Part shown: in pieces, positions 31,961-44,033 of the stretch
How the letters are laid out: every line of letters begins with the position of its first letter
Position numbering within the stretch: the first letter of the stretch is position 1
DNA from: Candidatus Marinacidobacterales bacterium
GTDB lineage: Bacteria; Acidobacteriota; Vicinamibacteria; Marinacidobacterales; SMYC01
NCBI GenBank assembly: GCA_965224085.1
Contig: CBDCYI010000009.1
Span: forward strand, 480,001 to 544,000
Direction of reading: 5' to 3'
DNA length: 64,000 nt
Program-made: the position numbers and the translations under genes
The notes under the pieces: generated by a model
What the model was told of the DNA's origin: nothing
Databases searched by the model: none
The model's input: only the letters and a program-made list of their open reading frames with translations

Positions 31961-32353
31961 ATGTCAGAACTTGGAGAAGCGACTAGAGAAGTCCTTGGAC
32001 ACCATCTGATCGCCGACATGACGGGGGTGTCCCCCGGCCTCCTGTGTGATGGAGATCGGATCATGCGGGTACTGAATGAAGCGTTGGCCGAGGCAGGCTT
32101 TCACTCCATCAGGAGCGTGGAACATCACTTCGTCAAGCGTGGCGCGGGATTTACGGGGATGGTCCTTTTGGAGGAATCCCATGCCGCCGTTCATACCTAT
32201 CCCGAGCACGAATACCTCGCACTAGACATCTTCGCTTGCGGCAGCATCGATCCATCCACGGTCCTGGACACGTTGGTTTCAGAACTGGGTCCTACAGCAG
32301 TCGACGTACGGACGCTGACACGCATTCCTCGCGCCAGCATTCCCGGCAGATAG
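31961..32353 (+). CDS. speD: S-adenosylmethionine decarboxylase proenzyme
   Basis: GHHLIAD...GFTGMVLLEESHAAVHTYPE...LDIFACG. Confidence 0.88.
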   Translation: MSELGEATREVLGHHLIADMTGVSPGLLCDGDRIMRVLNEALAEAGFHSIRSVEHHFVKRGAGFTGMVLLEESHAAVHTYPEHEYLALDIFACGSIDPSTVLDTLVSELGPTAVDVRTLTRIPRASIPGR

Positions 32354-32453
32354 AAATCCTCAATAGCCCGTCGAAGGAGTCCGACCAAGCTCAATGCCGC
32401 AATGGCGGATGGATCCGGTGCTGCAGCAGACCTTAGACAAAAAATGGGGGCTG

Positions 32454-33461
32454 CTAGAAGGTCCAAACGATCAGGATCGAAGCGCCGATGTAGCCGAACG
32501 CTTCGAGGAGGCCGGAACCGATATTTGGATGTTTCTGCGTTTGCTCGTTGACAAGTTTGACGCCGGGCGCCAGCAAGATGTCGGTGAATTTGTGGATGAA
32601 AAACAACATTATGAAGCCAAATGTCACATCGACGGCGAACCGCATGAGGCTATTGGTCCACCCGGTGAAATCGCCGCTGACCGCCAGACCGATGATATTG
32701 CCGATACCGATGAGTGCCCCTCCGAACGCCAGTCCCACCGCAGCGTTATCTCGCTCCAGCTCTTCAAGGAACCTGTACGGGGTCACGAACTCGTACAGCC
32801 GTCCGGCGATCACCAGCACCACCTGGGCGAGTAGCCAGAAAGCCAACAGAACAAGCATGCCGGAACCCAGGGCGCCGGATGTACTCGCCACTGGAGAAGT
32901 TCCCGCTACATCGCCCTCGGAGGCGCCGAGAATAATCAGGCCGTTGGCGATGTATACGCCGGCCTCGACGAACCCGACGCCGAGGTTGCGATCCTGGACA
33001 ACCTCTTTGGTATTATTGAATGTCGGTAGAAGGATCTTCTCGCACATGGCGCTGGCCAGCAGCATAAGCACGATGGCGGAAAGACCGTAGACACCGATCA
33101 TAACCGCGTCCGTTATCAGACCCTGTGATTCGCCTGAAATCGCCCCGCCGAAAGCGATCAAAATTCCGAAGTAAAAGCCAACCGTTGAGATTGCGAGTGC
33201 CTGGTTGTCCCGACTGAAAAGCTCGGCATTCAATTCCACACGCCGATACAGCCTAGAATAAGCGAACTTCGCGATCCACAAGAGAACAAACGCCTCAAGG
33301 ATATAAACGAAGGATTGGCCAATCAGGTAGAGACTACCTGCGAGAGAAAACTGGGCCAGCGGTGGAGTAGGAGTTTGCGCAGAGAGGGTAAATTCCGGTC
33401 CGGCGAATATTGGGGCGGCTAACAGAAGTACGACAGCGGGCAAGACCGGCTGTTTGCTCAT
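32454..33461 (-). CDS. DUF350 (YjfL-like) membrane protein, repeated domain
   Basis: Multi-TM; repeated EL..DN.A(V/L)A motifs. Confidence 0.8.
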   Translation of the reverse strand: MSKQPVLPAVVLLLAAPIFAGPEFTLSAQTPTPPLAQFSLAGSLYLIGQSFVYILEAFVLLWIAKFAYSRLYRRVELNAELFSRDNQALAISTVGFYFGILIAFGGAISGESQGLITDAVMIGVYGLSAIVLMLLASAMCEKILLPTFNNTKEVVQDRNLGVGFVEAGVYIANGLIILGASEGDVAGTSPVASTSGALGSGMLVLLAFWLLAQVVLVIAGRLYEFVTPYRFLEELERDNAAVGLAFGGALIGIGNIIGLAVSGDFTGWTNSLMRFAVDVTFGFIMLFFIHKFTDILLAPGVKLVNEQTQKHPNIGSGLLEAFGYIGASILIVWTF

Positions 33462-33494
33462 AATGAAATCCTTATTGTGCCGTCGGGTCGAAGA

Positions 33495-34220
33495 TCATTT
33501 TCCCAGGCTGCTCCATCCAGAGGCCGCCCGGCTGGTTGCTCTGGCCTGGAAACGCGCCTGTTTGGCCTGATACCTCTGAGAGAAAGATGGCCGCGTTGTG
33601 GCCGTCGCAGTACCGTTCGCGCCGAAAGTGGGCCGCCCACCGGTCTGAGGGCCGTAATACGACTGTCCGCGGTTCCTCGTGCCGGTGTAGGCGTCGTAGT
33701 CCCCCCGATTGATTCGGTGACCACCTAGCGCGGCGCTCATGAACGCGTACTGCCCGTAAAAGATCCAGAATCCGCCGGGACCAAAGTACCCGTATTGGCT
33801 ACGGCCCACATGCTGATAGTAGGGAGGGTGGCTCTGGTCATAGCCGGTCAAGGTGCCATCTGCCCTCTTTGCAGCCACTACCATACCGATGGATCGTTCA
33901 TAGCGGTCTACCAGCCTGTCGGAAATCGAATACGTGTCCAGCCGTTCATCAAACTGGGCGGCTGTTCCCATGTCGGGGTTCTCTCCGATTGGCTCGGTGA
34001 CCTGGAAGCTGCTCTTGAGCGCCATGCTGTTTCGCAGAAACCCGTCCTCGACATCGTCCACGACGATCGAATACTCGGGATACTGCGCAAGCTGCTGCAC
34101 CAAATTCGGAAGCGGGTCGTCCCTCGACAGCAAGCCGACGACGAGCCAGACACCGAGCAGTATCCCGACCACAACCATGCCCACCAGGACCCAGCGTTCC
34201 TCGTTTGTCTGCCTGGGCAT
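33495..34220 (-). CDS. Membrane-anchored hypothetical protein with Gly/Tyr/Arg-rich tail
   Basis: N-terminal TM; PPYYQHVG..YG..GFWIFYGQYAFM; in operon. Confidence 0.7.
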   Translation of the reverse strand: MPRQTNEERWVLVGMVVVGILLGVWLVVGLLSRDDPLPNLVQQLAQYPEYSIVVDDVEDGFLRNSMALKSSFQVTEPIGENPDMGTAAQFDERLDTYSISDRLVDRYERSIGMVVAAKRADGTLTGYDQSHPPYYQHVGRSQYGYFGPGGFWIFYGQYAFMSAALGGHRINRGDYDAYTGTRNRGQSYYGPQTGGRPTFGANGTATATTRPSFSQRYQAKQARFQARATSRAASGWSSLGK

Positions 34221-34553
34221 TCTAAACTCCTTGGAACATCTTTGACCCTGGTAGTGCCTACGCATTCCCACTGGGCAGGATGTTCATGAATTGATACTCT
34301 TGCACATATTCACCCGCGACGAACTTGAAATCCCTTTCTCCGTACTGCGTCACGAACAGCACATTCTTCCCTGAACTATCACAGTAGGTCCAACTAATAA
34401 AGCTTTTTCCCGGGCCAGCGGCGCTTTCATGGAACAGGCCCGCACCACTCTCCATCAGTCGATAGCTCCGCCCATCGTGGGTCAGGGTTTTGGGTGGATC
34501 TTCATGTCGGATGGTGTGTTCAATGACCTCCTCGGCAATCTGACAGATAGCAA

Positions 34554-35894
34554 CATATCTGGACTCCTCAATCATATCTGGACTCCTCAATCAACACCTT
34601 TCTTATCTGGACTCCTCAATCAACACCTTTCTCAAAAAAGTCTTCCTCAGAGCTGCTCGTCCAAATCGGTGACGAGTGGGTCAGACTGCAAACATATCTA
34701 CGGCCTCAGTGAGGAGCGTCTTGGGTGCTCCGGGCCATGACGGAAAATCCGCGCGCGAGGAGCCAATCACTTTGAGCGACCTCAATCAGCCTTGGAAGGG
34801 AAGAAGGAAAACACGAAAGTGGAGCCTGAGCGACCTCTGAGGGCCAGTGTTGCTATCGGCTTGACCCCGCGCCGGCTCCGGCACGGTACGCCGTCCGACC
34901 GGTACGCCGTCAGTTGGATGGGTATCGTCGCAGCCTCTGTTGGAAGGGAAGAAGGAAAACACGAAAGTGGAGCCTCTATGCGGCCGCGGGCACCGACTGG
35001 AATTCACTCTCGCGGGTGGAGACGGCCCAGACTATCCGGGCGAGTTTGTTGGCGACATATCTGGACTCCTCAATCAACACCTTTCTTATCTGGACTCCTC
35101 AATCAACACCTTTCTCAAAAAAGTCTTCCTCAGAGCTGCTCGTCCAAATCGGTGACGAGTGGGTCAGACTGCAAACATATCTACGGCCTCAGTGAGGAGC
35201 GTCTTGGGTGCTCCGGGCCATGACGGAAAATCCGCGCGCGAGGAGCCAATCACTTTGAGCGACCTCTGAGGGCCAGTGTTGCTATCGGCTTGACCCCGCG
35301 CCGGTCCGACCGGTACGCCATCAGTTGGATGGGTATCGTCGCAGCCTCTGTTGGAAGGGAAGAAGGAAAACACGAAAGTGGAGCCTCTATGCGGCCGCGG
35401 GCACCGACTGGAATTCACTCTCGCGGGTGGAGACGGCCCAGACTATCCGGGCGAGTTTGTTGGCGACATATCTGGACTCCTCAATCGCGGCTTTGTTCTG
35501 ACTCCCCGCGAGCGGTGGACCTTTCTCGTCGCCTCAGGCGCGGAGCTGCTCGTCCGGGCTCTTGCGACGTGGCCGCTCGGAGCACGGCAAACGTCCGCCC
35601 TGCAGTGAGGAGCGTACGGAGGTAGGAGTCGCCACGCTTGGGATGCGCCCGAGGCGGCGAATGTCACCACTGGAGTTCTCTTTGGGAACGAGGCCGAGGT
35701 AACTCGAGAGCGGCGTCCCGATGGGAAGCGGCGCAGATCCCCAACGAAGCCGACGATGGCGGTCGCGGTCAGAAGTCCGATGCCGGGAATGGTGAGAAGT
35801 CGTTGCACCTCAGGAAGCTGCTTGGCGAGCGCCTTGAGCTCGTGCTCGATGCCAGCGCACTTGTCCTTGAGCTCTCGAATCTCGGAGCACGCAT
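34554..35894 (-). repeat. Tandem array of IS1111 right-end/noncoding fragments
   Basis: TATCTGGACTCCTCAATC at 34556, 34575, 34604, 35058, 35087, 35469 (and 35897). Confidence 0.85.
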
Positions 35895-37317
35895 CATATC
35901 TGGACTCCTCAATCAACACCTTTCTCAAAAAAGTCTTCCTCAGAGCTGCTCGTCCAAATCGGTGACGAGTGGGTCAGACTGCAAACATATCTACGGCCTC
36001 AGTGAGGAGCGTCTTGGGTGCTCCGGGCCATGACGGAAAATCCGCGCGCGAGGAGCCAATCACTTTGAGCGACCTCTGAGGGCCAGTGTTGCTATCGGCT
36101 TGACCCCGCGCCGGTCCGACCGGTACGCCATCAGTTGGATGGGTATCGTCGCAGCCTCTGTTGGAAGGGAAGAAGGAAAACACGAAAGTGGAGCCTCTAT
36201 GCGGCCGCGGGCACCGACTGGAATTCACTCTCGCGGGTGGAGACGGCCCAGACTATCCGGGCGAGTTTGTTGGCGACAGCAATCGCGGCTTTGTTGTGTC
36301 CCCGCGAGCGGTGGACCTTCCGCGCCCAGGCGCGGAGCTTGTCGGGCGGGCTCTTGCTGACGTTGGCCGCTCGGAGCACGGCGCGTCCGCCCTGCGTGAG
36401 GAGCGTACGGAGGTAGGAGTCGCCACGCTTGGTGATGCGCCCGAGGCGGCGAATGTCACCACTGGAGTTCTCTTTGGGAACGAGGCCGAGGTAACTCGAG
36501 AAGCGGCGTCCCGATGGGAAGCGGCGCAGATCCCCAACGAAGCCGACGATGGCGGTCGCGGTCAGAAGTCCGATGCCGGGAATGGTGAGAAGTCGTTGCA
36601 CCTCAGGAAGCTGCTTGGCGAGCGCCTTGAGCTCGTGCTCGATGCCAGCGCACTTGTCCTTGAGCTCTCGAATCTCGGAGCACGCATCACGCAGGTGCGG
36701 ACGGAGCACGTCGGGCAAATCAGAATCAGCGTCTTCGACGAGCTCGGAGATGGCGGGCACGACGAAGTGAGCGCCCTTGGGGATGAAGAGTCCGAGCTCG
36801 CGCAGGATCCCGCGTACGGCATTGATGCGTGCGGTCCGTGTGGAGAGCCATCCTGAGCGTAGGCGATGGAGCGCGGCGAGGGTGTGCTGGCGCACGGACT
36901 TGATGGGCACCGAAAGAATCTCCTCGTTCCGGTAAGCCTCGAGCAAAGCTTTGGTGTCCGCGCGGTCGTTCTTGCTCCCGCGTCGATACGGCCTTACGAG
37001 GTGAGGTGGGAGCAGGACGACGTCGTGTCCCAACCGTCGCAACGTCCTTGCCCAAAAGTGAGCCGAGCCGCAGGCTTCGAGAAGCACGGTGGCAGCGCTC
37101 TGTTTCGCAAAAAACGACACCAACTTGGGTCGACTCACACGGAGTTGCTTGGACACTTTCCCCGCTTCGCGCGAGATGGCAATCTCGAAGACGTTCTTTG
37201 CAAGATCCACAGCGATCGTCGTATCTTTCATTCGGACTCCTCCTTTTTCGATGCGTTCTTTCGACTGACTTTGGCACATCGATGCCGTCTATGTCAGCGG
37301 AGGAGTCCATCCCATCA
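35895..37317 (-). mobile_element. IS110 family, IS1111-group element (transposase 36197-37231)
   Basis: VDLAK, LEACG, KNDRADT, TIPGIG, SSG; subterminal IRs ATGGACTCCTC / GAGGAGTCCAG; long 3' noncoding region. Confidence 0.92.
35960..36150 (-). ncRNA. Bridge/seek RNA of the IS1111-group element
   Basis: Guides GATAGCAACAC and AAAGTG match the target; CCGTCAT and AGATATG match the donor junction. Confidence 0.75.
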
Positions 37318-37599
37318 CTTTCTGTCAGCGTCCAGGAAATCTCGCCGTCACTATCAGCCCGCTCCAGGTAGCCGACCTTGTCGGAGGTTTCGATTACCCA
37401 TTCCTTAGTCTCGAATCCAGAGTAGTCGTAGGTGTTATACCCTGTGACCTCCCATGTCTTCATATCGTAGTCAACGAGGTATCCCACTTTCATGGCGCCC
37501 AGTTTATAGTCCACTAGCGAGTCGGATTCCCCATCGTCGGACGCTCCGCCAAACCATTTTCCCAATACTATCATTCATTTTCCATCGGAAAGCATCGGA

Positions 37600-39177
37600 C
37601 TACCATCGAGCGAGATCCTCGCGATAATACCTCGCCAGACGCGGTCGTGCCAAGGTGTTGGGCTCGACGTCAACGCGGGACATGTCCGCATCGAAGTCCA
37701 GCTTGGACAAGAAGAGCTCCTTGTGCAGGTAACGCAGCCCGGGCAAAAACTCGATGTCACTGGGATCGATCGGTTGACCGGACCCGAGATGAAAGCCCCA
37801 TTCGCCGAAGGAAGGCACGTAGGCGTGAAAAGAGAGCACCTCGAAGCCCGCTTCCTTGATTGTTTCGCCGATCGACCAGTAGGCCCGGCGCGTGTAGTAG
37901 GGGCTCGTCGCCTGGGCAATCACCACTCCTCCGGGAGCCAGATGCCGCCGAATCAACCTGTACGCTTCGACCGAAAACAGTTTTGAGATCTCCTCTTCTC
38001 GTGGATCCGGCAGATCGATTATCACGACAGAATAGGGTTCGTGTTCCCTCTGCAGGAAAGTAAACCCATCCTCGTTCGTCACACTCACTCGCGAGTGGCT
38101 CAAGGCGTTCTGGTTCAGGTCCGTGAAATAAAGATTGCGCCTGGCAAGGGTCGTCATCGCCGGATCGAGGTCCACGAGTTCGATCTCTTCCACTTCGGCA
38201 TACCGGAGGATCTCACGAACCGCGAGACCGTCACCTCCGCCGATGACAAGAACCCGAGCTCGGTTATGCGATAACGCCATTGCGGGGTGAACCAGCGCCT
38301 CGTGATACCGGTATTCGTCGACTGACGAGAACTGCAGATGCTCGTTCAAATAGAGTTGAGTTTCGCCCTTCCAACGCGTAACCACAATCTTCTGATACTC
38401 GGTCTGCGTACTGGAAACCACCTGGCCGTCGTAGAGAGAATCTTCCCATCGCTCCATCAGGGGTTGGGCCTCAATTGCGAACCCAGCCAATACCATGGAA
38501 ATTAGGACGCCCTGAGCGACGAGTTGTCCCCGGTCCCTGACCGACAGCTGAGCCCACACAGCCATAAGAATTGCCGAACCGGAAAGAACGTTGAGGGCGC
38601 CGGCGACCAGTGATGTATGAAGCGCTCCGAGAACCGGCAAGCAAAAAAACGGAAATAGAACAGCGGCGGCTAGAGCGCCGACGTAATCGACCGAAAGCAC
38701 ATTCGACAGGATCGTCCGTAACGATCCGTGTCTTCGCAGGATTCGTGTCAGGAGGGGGATCTCCAGCCCGATGAGCGTGCCGATGATCAGGATGATGACG
38801 AGCATCAGGTACTTGTAGACGCTTGTGTAGGCATGGGCTAGGTACAGAGCTGGAACTGTCAGGCCTCCGAACAACCCGAGCCAGAGTTCCAACGCCACCA
38901 GCCGCCGGATCAATTTTCCATGAACGGCCCGCGAGATCCACGAGCCTAGGCCCATCGCGAAAAGAAAGAATCCAATTGTCAGCGAGTATTGTTTGACACT
39001 GTTTCCCAGGAAATACGAAGAGACACTTCCAACCAGTAGTTCGTAAACGATTCCGCACGCCGCGGCAACAAAAATCGATACGAGTATCAGGAACAGCCCC
39101 CCCCTCGACATCTTTTCCTCTCCGGACCCGACATCGTCGAACTCTAGATCGCCGTCAGGTGCCTTGCTGAAGCTCAT
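37600..39177 (-). CDS. Membrane-fused polyamine aminopropyltransferase (spermidine synthase-like)
   Basis: N-terminal TMs (CGIVYEL), QFSSVDEYRYHE, VIGGGDG, DLPDP, PSFGEWG. Confidence 0.9.
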   Translation of the reverse strand: MSFSKAPDGDLEFDDVGSGEEKMSRGGLFLILVSIFVAAACGIVYELLVGSVSSYFLGNSVKQYSLTIGFFLFAMGLGSWISRAVHGKLIRRLVALELWLGLFGGLTVPALYLAHAYTSVYKYLMLVIILIIGTLIGLEIPLLTRILRRHGSLRTILSNVLSVDYVGALAAAVLFPFFCLPVLGALHTSLVAGALNVLSGSAILMAVWAQLSVRDRGQLVAQGVLISMVLAGFAIEAQPLMERWEDSLYDGQVVSSTQTEYQKIVVTRWKGETQLYLNEHLQFSSVDEYRYHEALVHPAMALSHNRARVLVIGGGDGLAVREILRYAEVEEIELVDLDPAMTTLARRNLYFTDLNQNALSHSRVSVTNEDGFTFLQREHEPYSVVIIDLPDPREEEISKLFSVEAYRLIRRHLAPGGVVIAQATSPYYTRRAYWSIGETIKEAGFEVLSFHAYVPSFGEWGFHLGSGQPIDPSDIEFLPGLRYLHKELFLSKLDFDADMSRVDVEPNTLARPRLARYYREDLARW

Positions 39178-40871
39178 TGAACTGGCGCCGCCTCTCCGGA
39201 TAGACCCTTGATTGACGATTCGAATGTTCTGCCGAGGCGCTTCAGGACCTGTTCGGCCGCCCGGATGCCGGAAAAACAAGCTTCTTCGAACAGCGGCAGT
39301 CCCGTCGTGTCACAAGAGGCGAAACACACGTTTCCGAAAGGCTCCCTCCGAATTAGGCTTTCGCGTCCCCATATGACTCCCGGGCTCGGTCGGATCATGG
39401 CGTGACCCCACCGGTAAACGTCGATGTGGCTGACGACACGCTCCAGATCTGGATGGGCCACCAACAAGTCCTGCATGATCACATTGACCCAATAAGGATG
39501 TTCTTCTTCCAGAAGCTTCTGACGAGCCTGATCGATGTCCTCGACGAACGGGAGATAATAAACTAGGACCGATGGGTTGTCTCTGTAGTCGCTTCGGGTC
39601 TGGTGATCAGCAACAACGTAGCCTAAGGATTGGCTATTGTAGAGTACATTGTCCCATGCGATCGAAACTTCGGTGTTTGTGGGCAACTCGCTCACGTGGA
39701 TACTGGCGGTCAGCCATGGACTGTAATCGCAGGATTCGATCGCTGCTACCTGTGGACCTGGCAATCCATCGACCAGGAAGGGCGCGGTATGGAGCTTGGA
39801 GGCATGGATCACGGTTTGGGCCAAAATACTGCGATATGTCTCACTGAGTGTATCGAAGTATCCGACCCGGACGCCGCCATCATCGTTGTCGATCCGGAGC
39901 ACCACGCATTGCAGTCGGTATTGCGAGTCTGCTAGGTCTTGGGCTAGGCGTTGTACGAGAAATCCGTTTCCCGCAGGCCACGTCAAGGTATCCGAAGGGT
40001 ACTCGTTCCGCAGCCGCTGGTCGTAGTATCGGCAGGCGAAGTAGTGAATGCCGGCCCAGGCCGACACCGTTGCCATCGTGCCCCCGTAATCATCCCGGCA
40101 AGCGTAATTGATCATCCAATCCAACCGCGGCGAATTCCATCCTTTGGCGCGGACATAGGTTTCCATCGAAATGTCATCTAGTTGGCGAACGTGGGAGTCG
40201 GTGGTGCTGTAGCTGAGAGGGATGGCAAATGCGCGCCGTCCGTCGAAACCGCGGTAAAGGGTCCAGGAAAGCATGTCGTCCTCAAAGGCGAGGATGGTTT
40301 CCTGTTCTCCTGCTGATGCTCCGCCGAGCAGATTCCATTCGATCCATCTTCCGTCCGTGAAGAGACGTTCGGTCGGCCATCGCAGGATATGTTCTTCGGG
40401 AATTCTCGGCCGGCCGGCCTCGTCGTAGCCTTCGATTATCCCGAGGTCAGACAGGACTTCTTTGATGCAGTCCGCTTCCGCTGGCGGAACATTAATATAG
40501 TGTGCGGCCCAGGCGAATTCGGTGCCTTCTGCGCTTCCGGAGGCAGCGGTGCCTCCAAGCCAGGGCTCCATTTCCAGCAGAATAAAGTTGTCCAGTCCGG
40601 CCTTCTTCAGCTTCCAAGCTGCGCACAGCCCCGAAACGCCTCCCCCAACGATGGCGACATCGAAGGTATGAGCTTCAGATTCGGGAAACCGATCGCGGGG
40701 GCGAGATTCGCGAAGAAGATGCCCCGCCCGCGGGTTTCCTCCCACGATTCGCCCCGGGATGTCGAAGGTCCTGGCAGGCACAGTGCCTGCATTCCAGCAC
40801 GAAGGGACGACTCCCAAAAGGCTACTGGTCGAGGCGAGGTGGAGGAACTGGCGGCGTGTGAAGGACGACAT
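39174..40871 (-). CDS. Tat-signal FAD-dependent amine oxidoreductase
   Basis: TRRQFL, IVGGGVSGL, LGG, RDDYG, RWGHAM, LFEEA. Confidence 0.85.
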   Translation of the reverse strand: MSSFTRRQFLHLASTSSLLGVVPSCWNAGTVPARTFDIPGRIVGGNPRAGHLLRESRPRDRFPESEAHTFDVAIVGGGVSGLCAAWKLKKAGLDNFILLEMEPWLGGTAASGSAEGTEFAWAAHYINVPPAEADCIKEVLSDLGIIEGYDEAGRPRIPEEHILRWPTERLFTDGRWIEWNLLGGASAGEQETILAFEDDMLSWTLYRGFDGRRAFAIPLSYSTTDSHVRQLDDISMETYVRAKGWNSPRLDWMINYACRDDYGGTMATVSAWAGIHYFACRYYDQRLRNEYPSDTLTWPAGNGFLVQRLAQDLADSQYRLQCVVLRIDNDDGGVRVGYFDTLSETYRSILAQTVIHASKLHTAPFLVDGLPGPQVAAIESCDYSPWLTASIHVSELPTNTEVSIAWDNVLYNSQSLGYVVADHQTRSDYRDNPSVLVYYLPFVEDIDQARQKLLEEEHPYWVNVIMQDLLVAHPDLERVVSHIDVYRWGHAMIRPSPGVIWGRESLIRREPFGNVCFASCDTTGLPLFEEACFSGIRAAEQVLKRLGRTFESSIKGLSGEAAPVQ

Positions 40872-41076
40872 TCTGGATGATACCCGCCTTTTGAAGACTT
40901 TTTTCAAGCGATCCCCGCCCCAAGTGGGGTTCGGCGTCGGCAGCCGGGAATCGATAGTGAAGCGAGCTTCGCCGAGCAAGATTCGATGGGAACGTTCAGG
41001 GCAACAACGGTATCGATCCACCGATCTCGGTGCCGGTGCTCGGTGAGTCCGCTCTCCGACGGAGATTGCTTAAAAC

Positions 41077-41778
41077 TCAGATGCCCATTTTCTTCTTGAG
41101 CTCAGCCAGCGAATCACTAGTCTCTGCCGCGCTGGTCTCCGCAAGGGTTCTGTTGATCTCCTCCTCAAGGGTTGCGCTCGCGTCGGTCATTTCCCCGTAG
41201 GCCTCGGCAAGCGACTCCTCCTCGATTACTTTGTCCTTCATCTTTTCCAGTAGCGCAATCGTACTAGAGGAATCGACGTTCGACATCTGCTGGTTTATTT
41301 TCCGCATGGACGTGGCAGTCTTGGCACGTGCTTTCAAGGTCACTAACTCGGTCTCGTAGCGGGTGACCGTTTCCTTCAGCGTTTGCACCTTTGCCTGAAG
41401 CTGATCCCCCATGGCTTTCTGCTGCTCGTGATCCTTCTTGAGGGTGTCTGCACGTTGTAACGCTTCTTCCTTCTTGGTCAAAGCTTCGGTTGCCAGACGT
41501 TCCGCTTCAGCTTCTTGCAGATTCCCGGTCTTCATTTTCTGGAGAAGAAGCATGGCTTTTCTCTCGTAATCATTCGCAAGCTTTCTTTGGTCATCCGAGT
41601 CCTTTTTAAGACGAATTGCGATCGCTTTAACTTGAGCCAAACTCCGCATGGAACCTTGCAGGTCTTTCTTCAGGTCGCGAATTCCTTGCTCGCTCAGCTT
41701 GATCGGGTCCTCAAGCTGATCCACCACAGAATGTGCCTGGGACTGTACGTTTTTGAAAATTCTTTGGAAAAAACTCAT
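41077..41778 (-). CDS. PspA/IM30 family protein
   Basis: MSFFQRI...LEDPIKL.EQ.IRD...LKARAKTA...LAELKKKMG. Confidence 0.92.
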   Translation of the reverse strand: MSFFQRIFKNVQSQAHSVVDQLEDPIKLSEQGIRDLKKDLQGSMRSLAQVKAIAIRLKKDSDDQRKLANDYERKAMLLLQKMKTGNLQEAEAERLATEALTKKEEALQRADTLKKDHEQQKAMGDQLQAKVQTLKETVTRYETELVTLKARAKTATSMRKINQQMSNVDSSSTIALLEKMKDKVIEEESLAEAYGEMTDASATLEEEINRTLAETSAAETSDSLAELKKKMGI

Positions 41779-42194
41779 TGGTCAGCTCCCATCCGGCTGT
41801 CGGTGATATATTCCAGTAATTCTGCACCGTTTTCGGCCAGGGCAAGCTCCAGTGACCGAATGGAGCCTTCCAACTCGTTACGATCCAGGTTCTCAAGTTG
41901 CAACGTATCGCGAAAAATCACACGGCGGCCGGCCTCGTCGTCAAGCACAAACGCTCCATGTACCATTGTTCGATTCATCTGGAGGAGGCGCTTGAAGAAT
42001 TCTCCAGGAACCTCGGGAGCATCCATAATGAGCTGTTCGAGGATGACGATCGGTGGCTCGCAGTCGATGATCAAGTTTCGAATTCCATTCTCCTCATCCT
42101 CCACGACGACCAACTCCTCGGCCTCATCTTCGCAGACGATGTTCAGATCGATGTCGAGCAGATAGCCCTTGACCAAATCTAGGTTCTCGGACAT
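41775..42194 (-). CDS. YbjN/CesT-like chaperone-fold protein
   Basis: LLQMNRTMVHGAFVLD...IFRDTLQLENLD.NE. Confidence 0.8.
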   Translation of the reverse strand: MSENLDLVKGYLLDIDLNIVCEDEAEELVVVEDEENGIRNLIIDCEPPIVILEQLIMDAPEVPGEFFKRLLQMNRTMVHGAFVLDDEAGRRVIFRDTLQLENLDRNELEGSIRSLELALAENGAELLEYITDSRMGADQ

Positions 42195-42196
42195 GT

Positions 42197-42581
42197 TTAC
42201 TTCTCCTGTCTGTTTGTCGCCCTCTCCAGCCGCTTTCGCAGCTGTTCGTAAGCACCGTTCAACCGTTTCGCCAGTTCATCGGCGTTCATTCCTCGGGATC
42301 CCTTGAATGCAGATCCGGGTGGTATTTCCGCAACAGTAGCTTCCATGCCTTTCGAACCGTGGCAAGATTGGAGCCAGAGTGCACCTCCAGGTTGGGATAT
42401 AGCTCGGTCAGCTGCGGATCGAAGCCCCCGTTGGTAGTCGCGGCCTGTTGGCTAGTGTCGCCCGGTCCGTGGGCACGAGTCTGCTTTTGGCGTCCACGGT
42501 GCCTGGTCGAGGCGAACCCGCCGCTCGAGTCCCGTGAATCTGGGATCCGATGAGGTGGATCACGCGGGTCACTAGTTCCAA
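42197..42581 (-). pseudogene. J-domain (DnaJ-like) protein with two frameshifts
   Basis: Manual translation LYPNLEV...VRKAWKLLLRKYHPDLH / ADELAKRLNGAYEQL; AAGGAG before TTG at 42581. Confidence 0.75.
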
Positions 42582-42654
42582 TGAATCAACTCCTTAGAAA
42601 ATAGGTTCTCAACGACGACCTTGCGTACTCATCACAATCATAACTCAAACTAGG

Positions 42655-43969
<1,315 letters not shown>

Positions 43970-44033
43970 CTAGGTTATATTTAGCGGTATTTGCAAGTTC
44001 GGCGTTCGCCAGTGAAGGAATGACTCGATAACC

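Larger units (their letters stand above)
34258..37574 (-). pseudogene. DUF4178-like protein split by IS1111-type insertion (parts 37316-37574 and 34258-34555)
   Basis: Removing the insertion restores frame ...WTLTES|VAICQIAEE...PPKTLTHDGRSY..ESG..ISWTY. Confidence 0.8.

Noticed and set aside
34554-35914. Repeats TATCTGGACTCCTCAATC as a CRISPR array
   Set aside because: Irregular spacing, spacers are IS-derived, no cas genes; they are IS1111 right ends
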